DNA of 64,000 nucleotides. Source: Chlorokybus atmophyticus. Lineage: Eukaryota; Plantae; Mesostigma and Chlorokybus algae. The position numbers and the translations under genes were made by a program. The stretch covers positions 325,114 through 389,113 of the forward strand of contig RHPI01001965.1 of the NCBI GenBank assembly GCA_009103225.1, written 5' to 3'. The notes beneath the pieces are model-generated. The model was not told the DNA's origin. It did no database searches and saw nothing but the letters and a program-made list of their open reading frames with translations. Shown here piece by piece: positions 11,998 through 26,155 of the stretch. Within the stretch, counting starts at the first letter, position 1, and every line of letters begins with the position of its first letter.

Positions 11998-13708
11998 TGC
12001 ATACTAGATACTAAACTTGATGTCAGTGGAGTGCCGATATGCATGTCGTGGTCTACAGTAAATGTGTAGCATGTTGTATAAAATAGGATTGGGGATTTCG
12101 TGCAGGTGCTCATGATTGGCATAAAGGTTGCATGATGGTGAGCATTGTGCGCTATGCATGTGTCGTGCATGCTACTTTCATCCCTTGCATATTCTGTATA
12201 CTTCCCAGATAAATGCGCATGGAGCCTGCACAGGTGCGCTGCAAATATCGATTAGTAAGTCATGTGATGTGTACTGGGTGCTGTATCATACATGCTCAAA
12301 ACGTGTTTGCATGCGCACTCAGTTCGTCCACATGCACATACCCATACACAGCAGCAGTCAACCACAGCCGTCAACATATTGCAGTCACCACCGCCAGGCT
12401 ATATGATCTATGAGCTAAACTTATCTACCCCATATGCATAGCCCCATGGCAGCACCGACTCAGTGCAGTACCTGCGTCACCAGCGGTAGCGTCAGCGCCG
12501 ACCAGGACTCTCACGACGACACGACTCCCCTCGCCGCCGCTCCCAAACCCTCCACCACCAATGCCGCCTTGGTCGTCCACTTCGTCCATCTGCTGCTGAT
12601 GCTGCCATCAGCCATCAAGCAGGCTGTCACCACCTGCCAACCAGCGTGACAGCCATCAAGCAGGCGTGTGCAGCAACCATGCTGCATGTGTATGGATACG
12701 CAGTACGCATGGGCAGAGGCTGCTGCCCATGCATGTGTCGATGAACCCTCGTGTTCTCCGACCGCTGTCGCGAGTCCACTATGGTGCTTCCTTGATTGCA
12801 GTCCTCGACGCAGTTGGGGGGCTTGACTACATGCTACTACGTGCTCTACACATGCTAGCGCTCCATGCCAAGCGCACAACATTCTATCACCATGCATGCA
12901 TGCACAGTCTCATGCTGTGAGTGCGTGTGTGATCACATACTCAAGCGCAGTCACATGCAAACCCCATATCGTGATATGGGGGGGTAACAAGGGCCACTCG
13001 CGAAGGAATAAGGCCACCGGGACCGTCTCAACCAGCGTCAGGGGCACACATGTGTGTACTGGGTGCTCTATCATAAATGTGTCTGTCTTCTTAGTAGAGC
13101 GCAATTTGCTCTATACGCGACACAAGCATTAGTATGCTTACATTCGCGTGGTACGCGTGTAAGTCAGTTATTGCAACCTGGTGCACTACCTTATGAGGCT
13201 ACACACTTTACTGCACTGGCGTTACCATACGATGAAACATCAATTGGCGACTGTGAGGTGCCGTGTGGGTGTCTATACACTGCTGATTGTGGTTGGATTG
13301 TTTGTGCACTCTGATTGATACCTTGAACAAGATTACTGCATTTCCTCCAATAGAATAAAAGCCCCCCTCCATTAGTGTAGCCCAAGTTGTAGTGAAAAGG
13401 GGAGGGGGTGGAGGGGGGGTTTTGATAACATGCCCCCCCCTCCCCCACAACCTTGCATGTTTTGCCGCTCATTAAATGTTGATATTCAGCGCCTAGAAAT
13501 TTACTTCCAGCACAAAGACGCTGTATATGAGTGTTAACGCATTGAAAGTCATTGTTATAACTATGAAGTATGAGTGCCCGCCCGCCGTGCACACAACTCT
13601 TGTGTGCGTCTGATTTCTGCCCCTACCAATCAGCTGAACCCCCTTGCACCAGGGTGGGGGGCTGTGAACAAACGGCACGCAACATGCGGCATACATGTTC
13701 GCACTGCA

Positions 13709-13885
13709 CTGATGACACTAGGACATTTACACGGAAAACCTCGCGAATACCTGTTACCATGAGGTCATTTTTGTTCAATGTACTACTCTCACGCAGCTGA
13801 TGACACTAGGACATTTACACGGAAACCTCGCGAATATCTGTTACCATAAGGTCATTTTTGTTCAATGTACTACTCTCACGCAGCT
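13709..13885. repeat. Tandem duplication of an ~88-bp unit
   Basis: CTGATGACACTAGGACATTTACACGG...TACTACTCTCACGCAG occurs twice in tandem with few differences. Confidence 0.9.
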
Positions 13886-14547
13886 ACCCACGCAATCCCA
13901 TGGTAAGCTACAACTGAGCAAGGCCAATACTCACTACCTAACACCAATCCAACATTCACAGACTAGCACTATTGTCACTTCAACATAGTAGAATTCTATA
14001 AAACAAACCATCAGCATTTACTTGCAACTCGCAACAGCCCGAGTCCAGCACTACCTGCCTGCCAACTGATGTTGGCAACACTAAACCATAAAAACCAAAC
14101 CAAAGATGCTTACACACAAGTGCTGGAACACCTTGGGTGCACACCACGCTGTAAGCAATGAGACCTCAGTCAGCTGACAAGCGATGAGACAGCTATGTGT
14201 GACACATGGATACAGGGATGAAGTTGTTGGTACCTGAGCTTGCTTTGACAACTGGCAATTGCGCTGAAAGCGATTGCTGAGAAGTTGCACTCGCCTGCGA
14301 ATGTGTTGGTGAGCTTGATATGCACTAGGCAACAACTGAATACCTGAACAAATAGCACACCTGGAGGGCAAGGTGTCCAGCAGTGAAGCAAACGCTGAAG
14401 AGCCGCTGCTGCAAGGAAAGCCTTGGCAAGCAGATTGACTCTCTCGACCTTCAGGGCTAGTTGTAACACCTGGTGTGACTAACTAGCCCCGCTGTAGCCC
14501 CACTGCTTATGATGCCGTCTTCCAATGCAGTGGGGCTTGAAGGTGGC

Positions 14548-16343
14548 CTAGCGCCGGCGGGATTGTTGCCGGTAGTCCTGCTGTTGCAAGTCAGTCATCA
14601 GTGGTCATGTGGTTGAAAGTAAATGATGCCAATAAAAGAAATTCAGCAAACACTTACTAAGGGTGGTGGCATCTGCTGAAACTGCTCGGGATGTACATAG
14701 CCTCCAGCCTCGAGCGGGTTGTAGGCTACTTGCGGCATATAAAACTGAGACATGCCTGCATGCGCGCCGCCTGTGGAGTTGTGATAGTCCATCTGTGCTT
14801 GGACCTGCTGCATGTCCCATGAAACCATGCCTGATGCGTCAACCATCTGCGGATGGGCTCCAAGCTGCGGGAAGTCGGCATTGTAGTTCGTTCCAGGACC
14901 ATACATGCCTCCATAAGCGTACGGGATGTGCATTGGTTGGTAACCCCCATCATAGCGCGGGGCGGTATACCTGCCAGGCAAAGCTGACTTACAGGAGCAG
15001 CAGGAAACCACAAGCTCCGCTAAAATGCAGTGGATACAATCGAGTTGAACAGCAAGGCAATGACCAGCAAGCTCAGTTCCATACCTGTACCGATCATAAT
15101 CAGGATCGCGGCGATCCTTGTCACGATCCCGGAAAACTGCAACCCTATTGGACTTGCGCTGCTTGCCATCTGTGTTGCTTGTTGCACCATTATCAACAAG
15201 GACAGGAGATGCTGAGCGCGAAGATTGTGCCGATGATGCTTCCACTGCGGCGCGCTCAGCCTCTACATCGCGGCTGGAGGAACCATTTGCTGCATTGAAA
15301 ATGCGAGCGCGGGCTCGCTCATACTCCTCCTTACGCTCCTCAACTGTTTTGAGCGGGCTTTCTTGAGATCGCGAGTCTGAAAGGCGACCATCCTCGGCAA
15401 CTGCCCGTTGCTTGATCTGCAGGCGTACTTGCTTTTGCTGCAAATTGCTCCAGTCACCGTCTTCCTTGCGCTGAATGTCCATTAAGCGCACCTAGAGTCA
15501 ACCAGTCAGTGCATGTTGAGAAGAGAATTCGCGGAGGTACCCATGCGCAACAAATAACATTAACGAACCATACTTCATGCTGCATTGCACCTTTGGTAAG
15601 CGGGTCTCTGCCGTTCTGCGTGCAATGACCCGACCAACTCCATCATCAGCAACGACATCGGTTGCAAGACTTTGCAAGCCATAATGCTGAGCTACTCTAT
15701 GCGCAGCAAGCCGCTGGTAAGATGACAGCTCCGCTGCAAACTCAAATTGTTGCATATTGCTGCTCTTGACAAAGCGCTCGATGTCCTGCTCCATACGCAG
15801 AACTGCGACGTAGCAGATGTACAAGGCATTACTAAACATAAATTGCTTGAAGAGAAAAATCGCCTGACCAAAGAGGCAACACGTTCAGCCACCTCAATAG
15901 CCCCACAGCTTATGCAAGACAATGTATGTAGACAACGCGTGACTTGGTTGGACAAACACGTCACAAGGCATTTACCGAGGTGGGCAAGCCAAGGCACACA
16001 TACTGACAAATGCTAGGCTAGAAGCAAGTAAGGCAATGGACAACGGGGCAGGGTACATACTTGTCAAGCGATCACGTCCAGTTTGCACAGCATCCAACAG
16101 GAAGGAGTCCACATGGCGCTCCAGGAAAGCCTGATCGTGAGAGCGAGCTGCCCCATAGGCGGACAATGTTTCAGCCGGAAAAGAGTGGGTGTTGTTACCG
16201 GTGGTGTCAGGGGCGGAGGTGTCATTGTTCTCAGAGGGGCGTTTCAGCTTGCTGAACTGGGCTTCGAGATCTGCTGTTTCCCACGAATCGGGCGCGGCTT
16301 CGGCCGCATCCGCGGCTATAGAGTGAGGTGCCATGCCGTCCAT
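14548..16343 (-). CDS. R3H + SUZ domain RNA-binding protein (R3HDM/Encore-like), about 5 exons
   Basis: SSYQRLAAHRVAQHYGL (R3H), KTVEERKEEYERARARIFN (SUZ), N-terminal PDSWETADL, RDKDRRDPDYDR; canonical splice sites. Confidence 0.88.
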
Positions 16344-17149
16344 GTGGTGGGCCAAGGTTCCAGGGGGCGGAAGGCCAGCCAAGTTACAGCGCCGGCATTG
16401 CGGCCGCACCACAACGCCAACCACCAGCTTGCAACATCTTGAGTTGCGGGAACAGCTGCTTCTCCTGCAAGTCAATGAGACCCCGTACTGGACCCCTGTT
16501 CAAGACGGCCAGCCACAAACCCCCGCCCCCTCCTCCGCCTGCCCCGCCGCCTCCGCCTGCTGCCCCGCCGCCGCGACAAAGCAGGTTAGAGCGCGGCTTA
16601 CGTGGCGGCGGCGGGGTATTTTGCTTCCTTGCCGCTCCCAGCAGAATTGCCGGTAGCGAGCTGCTATTAGCAACACCCACTAGCGGCTTCGACTCTTTCG
16701 TGTCTGGCTTCTTACCGGAAACGGCGCTACCAAAACTCGCACCGCTGGAAGGATCCGGTTCGCCAGCCGAGGCTGTCCATCCGGATCGTGCATGCGAAGT
16801 GCAAGTTGCATGCTGCGCTCGCTGCTGCTGCCTTCACTGTAGTGTCTAGCTGCTCAGTGACAAGTGGGTGATTGGGCACGGGCAGCCGTCAGCTATGCAC
16901 CGGCTAGACGAGCTGGAAGCTTGAAGCTTATACAGCGAACCTCGTAGCTGCAACATTCAGCTGACGTCGTCAAGCTGTCAAGCTTGCTTCTTTTCAGTCT
17001 GAGAGCATTGTATGGTGTCCAGCTGATGCTTGACTTCAAGCTTACTTCACACAGTAAGGGTTTGAGCTGTGGTTTCATTTCAGCTTGAAGGGTGCTTCGG
17101 TGGCGACACGGCTTTGCTTGGTACGCGTGTGTGCGTGAGCGTTGGCAGC

Positions 17150-18882
17150 ATGCAGACCAAGCGGCAGAAGGTCCAGCTCGAGCCCAGCGCAGAGGAGCTG
17201 CCGACAGAAGTTCTGCGTACTATCGACGGGCTGCCCGACTACATGGCTGCAGCAAACCTTGTAGTGCATCAAGAGGTGTTTGCAGCAGACGTCGCCAGGT
17301 ATTGCATGGTTATTTGTAGCAAAGTCTGTTGCGAACATGTATTTACCGAATTTGACAATTGTGCACATGGATTTGAAGTGCATGCCATAAGCATACCAGG
17401 TTTATTTTGATTGCGACAGTGGCCTTATTGTGTTCGCTGCAGTGCTGTAGTTGACAACTGGCCTCGTCCTCTTAACCATTTGCAGCTGGACGAAGCCATT
17501 GACAATACGTAAGCGATACTGACCTGCCAGACTGCAGTGAGTAGCACTTACATGTGCAGATGTACCGCGTGTACCGCGTGCTGTTGCTAACTTCATTGCT
17601 AACATCATCACGCGCTAGCAGGCCTCTGTCAGAGTTGTCCGAAGTGGATGAAAAAGAAGGGCGCGCGACGACATCAGCATCATGTAGTCAGGTGAAATTG
17701 ATATACACTATCCAGGCCAGCTGCTGTGAAGTTGCGGCTTTGTCACAAGGCTGTTGTTGAGTGTCACTATGACTTTGCTGGCAGCAAGCAAATAAGTCCT
17801 CCTCTGCAGGCCGTGTTGCATGTGGGCAATGCGCAAGCAAGCGGGCGCATGAAACGCAAGCATGTGGATATGGAGCAGCTCGAGCTGGACGTATGGAATA
17901 CTCTCGTGCCTGTAATGAAACGTCAACTGTTGATACCAGACTGGCTACCCGAGAGAGCGCGTCGCAAGAGAACAACGCAAAACAGAGCCATTAACAGCAT
18001 GCTCCGCTTGAAGACCCGGCAGACGCAACCTTTGATGACAGCAGTTGAGCAACTGATGGCTGAGTTTCGCAACTGGCTGTGGCAAGCATCTCCTGAGCTG
18101 TCGACTTCCAGCGCAAGCAGGTCAGCGTGGAACATCCCGAGATTGGAAGTTCAGATTCTTTGTGCAGTCCAACACACGTGAAAGCATGGGTCCATTGCTG
18201 CCGAACACAGTCTTCAAAGCAGAGCTCCTGCTCGCCTTTATCAATCATGACTGCTTGACTAATCAGCCAGGCAGTAGAGCAGGTGGCTGAGCAGGGTGCA
18301 CGCGCTGCAATCATGCTACTCCTCAGGGCGTTTCATACCTGGGGTCCTGAATTCTGCAACCTAAGGCGCCCGCAGAAGTCATTGATGCAAGGTGTGGGCA
18401 CCTTGGTTTGCATGTGACACGCCTTGGTAGATCCTGACCGTGTAATCTGGCAGACTCTGAAGAAGGTGGGGACACGTCAATACCTGCATCACAGCTCAAG
18501 GTACAGCCATGCACTCCGGCGTGACAGGTTGCTGGTCACGCTGTCTTCATTGAGGCTGAACAGCAGCTTTGCGCAGGGATTTCCATTGAATGTGCAGCAG
18601 ATGTTTGAGCTCGCTGAGAAGCAAGGGCTGTCAGCAAGGTTAGCACTGGCTGTGTCACAGATAAACAGCAACCATTGCTTCAGTGACTGTTTACAGCAAA
18701 ATTTGTCTTGTGATGCAGTGTCCTCAAGGCTGCAGCAGCAGCTTTGGATGTTGACTCTTTTCAGCGGCAGCGGGGTACTGGCGGTACACGGTCGCCCAAC
18801 CAGTATGCGCTGGTGCTCACACAGAGCAATCAATGAGACACCTTTGCAGACACGCAGCAACCCACACAGTTTGCACAGCTAA
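17150..18882 (+). CDS. Possible multi-exon hypothetical protein with a weak F-box-like start (ELPTEVLRTI)
   Basis: ATG at 17150, several exon-like open segments with splice signals, no recognisable domain; model not resolved. Confidence 0.3.
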
Positions 18883-19410
18883 CCTGCACATGCAGTATAT
18901 GATTGTTGTGCAACTGCTGGGCGGTATTATTGGAAGACCGGTTGAGATCGCTGCCTTTACATTCTAGTAAGCATGCTGTGATTAGTCAACACATTGCTGT
19001 CTTAAGTGACCATTCTCAATGCAAGTGTGCATGAGGTGTCACTCTCTTGGTTGTGTGCATGTTGCGCTCAGTTCACATATAGCTGGCGATGTCTCAGGTA
19101 AACATGCTTAGCTCGAGTGTGCATAATAGAACTTCCTTCGCTGAGGGGGCAAATACAATAGCACGTGCCATTGAGCGTTGATGACGACTTCAGGAGTAAC
19201 ACACACGAAAACCTGCTGGTAGTGTCCTTGAACACAAGCAAGTTTCACAGCACGCACACTTTCACCCTGATTCTATCCACTTCGTGACACACGCGCCAAA
19301 CAAGCTGATTCAATGGTCACTACCTAACCACTATGCCTAGGCTACCTACAATGAATATGTGGGTAATGATACAAAGACATTGCAAACAGCAATGCTAACA
19401 ATTGCAACGC

Positions 19411-22400
19411 TTACTGCACAGACTGCACACGCATGTCAACCGCCGCCTGACCCTTGTTGACAAAGTCCTCAGGCACTTCAGCACCAAACTCAGCGCACAG
19501 CAGTCGCATGATAGCTGCTGTCGCAGACGCTTCCATCGAAAGGCTGTTGACGGTTATGCCTATCGCCAGCTGGCGCGCCGGGTCATAGTATCCCAAACTA
19601 CCCCCAACACCTCCGTGCCCAAAGCCTCCACCACTATAGCGCCTGAAACCCAACCCGAAGGACGAGCTCGCATCCACGTGGCGCGCGTATTTACCCTTTG
19701 CACGAAAGGCGTCCTGCGCATCCTGCTGGTTTCTGAACAAACTACTGCAAGATGAGTAAAACTTTGCCAGCGCGCGCGCGGACATGTGGCCGTTGGCGGC
19801 TGGGACGGGAGCGCGCCTGACCATGAGCGTGTTGAACAACAATAGCAGGTTGGCTGAACTACTATCGGCGGCCTCCTGCACCTCACGCATGCGCTGAGCC
19901 AGGGCCGCACGCCTGCTGTCGGCGGCGGTTGTTGCTTCTGATAACTGCTCGGCGGGCAAGTCTACCGCGGGCGAGCGCTCCTGCGCGGCGAGAGTGGCAA
20001 AGCGAGACTCCACGCCCGGCGGCACGCCAACATACATCTCGCTCTCAATACCCAAAGGCTTTGTTATCAACTCCTGTAGCAATGCCCCAAACGTTTTGCC
20101 CGAAGCCGCCTGCAAATTGGCAAGGTTGGTTACACTATCACACAAGTGGTGCGTGCATGCATGCATGAGTGGAGGTGTGGGTGTGTGCAAGCACGCGCAT
20201 GTGGGTATGTGAGGTGGTTTGGTGGTTGATTGGGTGTTGACGGGTAATCTCTTTCTCTAACCACAAAGTTACTCTAACCTCAAGTAGTCCGCCTACAATC
20301 CACCCAAAGCTCAGCGCATGATACTGTGTCTCAGCGCCCGGCGCATGCTGCGGACTTGCATCAGCTACAGCCCGCAGCATCGCTTGCCAATCACTCATAC
20401 TCAAAGGGTTCTGTTTCAGCTCCTCCGCACCCGCAGAAGCCAGGCCGGCCGCATGCGACAAAGCGTGCGCGACGGTGATGTTGCTCTTGTTGGATGCAGC
20501 GAAGGCGGGCCACACCGATGCGATGGGCGTGTCGTAGGTGAATAAGCCTTGCTCGACCAACTTGTGGGCAAGCACGCTCGTCACAGCCTTGGTGACGGAA
20601 AACACGTTGAAGAGAGTGTCGGGCATCACGGGCCTGGGGTCATACTTGCCATGTACTCCTATGTTGTATCAACAATGCATCGGTAAGCATTGTGTAGGCC
20701 TGGTTATGGGCAACAACTTGTCAATAAGACTTGCCTGCGGCAGTGTTGATGACGAGTTCGCCTTTTTCATACACGGCTACCTGTCATAAGCACAAGGCAA
20801 AATGTTCAACCTTCCATTGTGGTTTGCGTGTCTTGATGCGGACCAACGACGTGTACTCACCTGGACTCCAAGTATCTGTCCCGCGGCGTGCAAATCCGTC
20901 AGCAACGCGTGCAGCTTCTCCTCTGTGCGCGATAATGGCCCCGCGTAGAAGGAGAGCTGTGCTCCATTCGCCAAAGCACCAGCACTGCATGCAACCATGC
21001 AAGACAATGAAATTTGTGCTTGCCAGCGTATTGCAATTTGCCACCAGCCAAACCAACCTGCGCAAAGTTGCCTCCGCAAAAGGTCTCATAACATCAAGAT
21101 AAGATACGCGCGCATCAAGCGAAGCCGAAACACCTGCCAGACATGATCAATGTGATGCATGCAGTTGTGTCATTGTGAAGACAACAGACATCAACCTAAA
21201 ACGGGTCCCCAACATATGCTTACCTCGTAACAGGTTGAGTACCCTCATGAAAAACACGAGGGCGCCCGGGAACGCGTCCACCGGGTTGCGCCGCAAGCTC
21301 TCCTCCTTCTCATCTTTTATGTTGATGCGCGCCTTCTCCTTATCTTCGGCAAATTCCTTTCGCCACTTCGCCGTGTCTGCCTTGGCCTCCTTTGCGGGCG
21401 CCGTCGTGCGGAAGAAGAACTGTTGTGTGGCACGACAGAACAAGTAAGTGTAAGGAAATGAAGATGAGAGTGTGATGTTGTATCGGTGAGTACATGTCGA
21501 CAAGGATACCTGAATGAACTTCATGCTCTCTTCTGGCAGATCTATCTTCAGCTTCAAGCCCATTTCTTGGAAGGAGCTAAGAAGAGCTGCCAAGTCTTTC
21601 TGCGCAAAAAACAAGACAGAGCCGCATGAGCCCAAGTTCACAGGCATGCCAATCACCTCTTCACAGGCTAATGTGTGAAACACACACCTGCCATTGCCAG
21701 CCCCAGCCCCACACACACCAATGCTTTCGCCATACGCACATGCACACCCACCTCATAAGCGGCAAGCAGCATCTTTGCGAGTGCGACTTTCGTGGGTTCA
21801 TCAAGAGTCTTGGTGAGTCCAAAGTCCAACAACACCGCCTTCTGCTGCTTCGAGTCTTTGTCTATGCTGACAAGGAAGTTACCTGCAGCAGCACGTCACT
21901 CTATAACAGACTCCAACAATAACCACATAAACTTGAGTGTTGTTCCATTAGTATGCGTGATACGCTGACTCACATGCATACTCTACATAAACAGGTCAAC
22001 AACTCACCGGCGTGGGGATCGCCATTGTAGAAGCCCGACACATAGATCTGATGCGCGTATGCTTTGGTAATGTCGGTAACAAGCGCCTGAACCAGACAAC
22101 ACAATGGTCAACACCCCCACACACACGTACATTGAGGGCACACAAACACTTGCTATCACCTGCGTGTCCACGCCTGCTTCCAGCAAGACGCCGCGATTGT
22201 TCAGCCGTAGCCCATCGATGTAATCCATGATGAGCACACAATCCGTTGACTCGATGATACGGGGAACCACTACATCCAACGCGAAGGCGCCTGAGCCTTC
22301 TTTCAGCTCCCGCGCAACACGCCTGGTGTTCTCCGCCTCAATGTTGAAGTCCAACTCTGGCGAAGTACAGAGACATTGTTAACCAACAGACTGGGTGTGA

Positions 22401-24506
22401 CATGTAAGGTTGTGCATGGTTCGAGCATGTTGCAACAGAGGGCGCATGCATAACACTGTATGCGACACTTGCGTATCACGTCACACTAAGCACCTGTACA
22501 CATGAACCTCTAGTTAACGCTGTGCGTGCACATGCGATTGCTGGTTGAGGTGATGTTAACAGTAATGTACGGGGCTACACAATAGCTAAGTATACATACA
22601 TATATGTGCGCGAGGCTACCTTGTTAACATGCACATTTGACTGCATCCATGCATCCATATTAGCTGTGTAAGCAATGCAAGGGGATACGACTTTGCACAC
22701 GAGAACTATATGCATGCACACACGCGCTCTGGTTATGCATGCATGCGCGCGCGAGCGCGTGTGTGCGTGCATGCTGGCTTTCGTGTGTACCTTTTGGTAC
22801 TTCAGCGCACCACTCGTCCACCAGCGGACTCAAGTTATAGTCCGGGAACACCCTCGCGATCGCCCGTACGAGTATCTGCAGGTCCCTCAAGTCCTGCATG
22901 ATCTTGTCCCTGACGCCGCGGTGCTGCACCTTCACGACCGCGTCGGTGCCGTCGTGGAGACGCGCGCGGTGGACCTGGGCGATCGACGCGGTGCCGAGAG
23001 GGATGGGGTCGAAAGAGGCGAAGAGGAGGGAGGTGGGAGCCCCTAAGGAATGAGTGATGGTCTCTTCAACCTGAGATGAAGAGGGTAACCTTTGCAAAAT
23101 ATACATGCATGCCTGGTGACCACACTGATCGCATGCTGCGTGTTTGTGGTCGTGCGTGCGAGCGTGCGCTTGCAACTTGATTGTTCAAACATGCTTGAAG
23201 CTACAATTGCGACACACCTCTTGCAGCGGCCGTGGGGGGAGCGTGTCTTGCAGGCCTTTGAGTTCTTTCAGCCAAGTAGGAGGGAGGACATCCGCCCGTG
23301 TGGACATGTACTGCATCACCGCAACCAACATTTTTACCAACAATCGCTTTGGACATCAACTCACTGGTTGACTAACGTCACATTGTATACAACCACACCT
23401 GCCCTGCCTTCACCCACACGCCTTCCAGCGCCGCAGCCGCTTTGTACACTCTCCTTGCCGCCCGCGCATGAGTCGCCTGCATGCAACGGTATATTCACAT
23501 GCGGGCATGCAATAGTGTGGTTGCGTTCCCACATGCATGTCACCCACCTGCCAGAGCGCATCTGACTGGGGAGAGTTGTCGGGAAGCCGCGAAGTCCGCC
23601 ACTCCACTGTCTGTTGTTGCAACAGCCGGTTGGCAAGAGTGCGTTTTTTAAGGCCTTTGGGTTGGTGAGATGGTCGATCACTTTGCTAGTCCGTGCTGTT
23701 GTGGCTGTGCTTGCATGCATGTGTACACATGCACATACTGTTCCCTCAAGACTGTGCGTATGAGATGACGCTGACATGTGATGCATGAATGCATGCAGGC
23801 ACAGGCTGAATACCCCTACCACAGGTTGCGTGTTCTTGTCACATACCTCTATGTGACAAGAACACCACATTGGTATAGTTAGAGACTGTGTGGGTGACAG
23901 AGGCCAATGTTGGGCCCGGCCTTGTGTCCATGATAACAGGTCACCTCAAGGTGACGCATGCAAGCGTGAGGTTGCTTTGATGACGGGATTGTGTGCATGT
24001 AAGCTGACTTCGCTCACCTTGTACTGAGCGAACACTATAGCCGCTGCTGAAAATATGCGTGCGCGGCGGAGTGCGAGGACAAGGCGGCGGCGGCGCTTGT
24101 GTGCCTCCCTGGCGGCGATAAGTGCGCCAAGTCCCAGACCCGTCTTGGACAGCAGGGGCGCTGCTGCCGCGACAGCAATCACAGCGTTGGTCGCCATGCG
24201 CAGCAACAAGAACGACCCGTACAGCCCCGCCGCCGCCGCTGCCGCCACCAGGGCCAGTCTACCAGGCCAGCTGCGGGTCAGGCCGTCCCTCACCGCCGCC
24301 CACCAACTGCTGCGCCTAGGCTGCCCTGCCACCCCCATTGACACTGTTGATGGGGGGTGACGTAGGGCGTGTGACGTAGGCTGGCCTCTCTCTGACAGAG
24401 GTGGCCACGCCAGCGCCCGCCGCCGCCGCCGCTGCGTTCGCCTCAGCCAGCCCGGCGCGCCGATGACTGTCCGACCGCCACGTGGCAAGCGACGTGGGCG
24501 CAGCAT
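19411..24506 (-). CDS. ABC1 atypical kinase fused to a C-terminal beta-lactamase-family domain (At5g24810-type ABC1K); start 24506 or 24338
   Basis: [72 protein letters not shown]; then FNVFSVTK (SxxK) and FGHGGVGGS; TAA at 19411. Confidence 0.93.
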
Positions 24507-24959
24507 GTGCGTGGTACGCGAACGCGAACAGGGCTCAAGTACCACTTGTACCGTATCGGTTGCGGAACCGCAAATGCATGCATGTGACAAATTGTCACTG
24601 ACAATCCAATGTTAGCACAACTCATAACTGACTTCAATCCCTAACTTTCACAAATTGCTAATAGCAAACTCCCCAAGTGGAAAGGGGCCATGCAAAGAGC
24701 ACACTTCACACACACACACGTGCACAGCCATCGCAAGCACTGCAATCAATTAGACGGGGGGCCAAGTAGAGCTTTTACGTAGCTAGACTGGGGAACACTA
24801 TCATCATAAGCAAGGCACAGCAACGGTAGGGCAAAGGCAGGCAGATGGCAAGGGACGAGGTACCACCTGCAGAGCGCAGGAGAGGCCACGGGCAGAAGAG
24901 CGACATCGGTCGAAAACATGTTATGTTATGTTGATGACGGGGTTGAGTGCTTGGTCCGT

Positions 24960-25560
24960 TGGAACGCGGGGCTTAGCCAACTAGACCATGGTAGTAAAAG
25001 TCGCTACCATACCATGAGAGGTTGTGGATTGCTAATTAATGCTTGATAAGCCCTTCTTAACCTATTTTATATTAACCGGTATTACATTCAATCCGGCTTT
25101 TAATCGCGATTTTACCTACACATCTCCTGCCTGACCGGCAGGGCTAGGTCGCGTCCGGCAATAACCGGGAATTACCGGTCATGCCGCATAGTTTTTCACG
25201 GCGACTTGCCACTTTGCCGCGCGCAGGAGCGACACTGCGCGCCGACTTAACCTCACAGTTACATTCGTAACCATTCTCACTAACTACCTTGGATCGTTTC
25301 CGACGGTCGCGAAAGTGTACCCACTCGTGCGCACTTTTTGCGCCCGGTGGGATCGATCTCATGACCTTTAAAATTTAAGCTCCAATTATCAATATAATGC
25401 GGGCTTACCCGATTGGGACGAGCCGACTATGATAGCAAACGTCGCTACCACGAGAGGTTGTGTATTGCTTTTCAATGCTTTTTAAGCCCTTCCTAGCCTA
25501 TTTCACATTAATCGGCATTATATCCATGCTGCCGGTGGAATAGGTGCCGGCTTGTGAAAA
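24960..25560 (-). mobile_element. Degenerate TRIM-like element (family T3, related to T2): direct repeats ~24960-25122 and ~25393-25560
   Basis: Direct repeats (GTCGCTACCA...GAGAGGTTGTG..TTGCT...AAGCCCTTC..A.CCTATTT). Decayed PBS (TTGATAATTGGAGC, 25379-25392), purine tract GGCAGGAGA before TGTGTAGG, LTR motif GGTAGCGACTTTTACTACCA shared with T2. No clean TSD. Confidence 0.6.
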
Positions 25561-26155
25561 TCTGCAGATATGAACGCGACGAGTGCGGGGAAGGGAGCGG
25601 GTTTAGATTTAATTTATGCGATCACACCAGCCCCAGGGTTACAACAAAGAACACAAAGGCTTCATCGAGTTACGCCCCATTGCACAAACGTGCACGCATG
25701 CCTGTGCGCACACCTGTTATGAATTTGAATCAAGGTCTGATTCTCAGTGGTTGGCGTACTTTTGCCTAAAAGGACTATAAGCGTCGTCTGGATCATTTAT
25801 CACGTTGCATGCATGCTGGCACTTTTACAATGCAGCAGCAGCGGTGCTACAAGCGCCGCAATTTGTACCGCACCTTTACACTTTTCAACCACCTTGCTTC
25901 ATCGTCCAAAAAGCCAATTACAAGGCTTTGAGATAGCTTCCGATATGTAATGATTACTTGGTATGTCATTCAACAAATGAACCTCCAAAAGTGCATGACA
26001 ATTGTGTTGATAGTCTAACCATTTAATAATACGCATGTAATCAACGTTGGAGTTCATTAACATTAATGTGGACACCAGCTGCAGCATTTGCACTATGGAC
26101 GGCGTATACAGTGGAGCAACATTGCATGCGCCCAGTTTTGTCGCTTGACTGGTTA

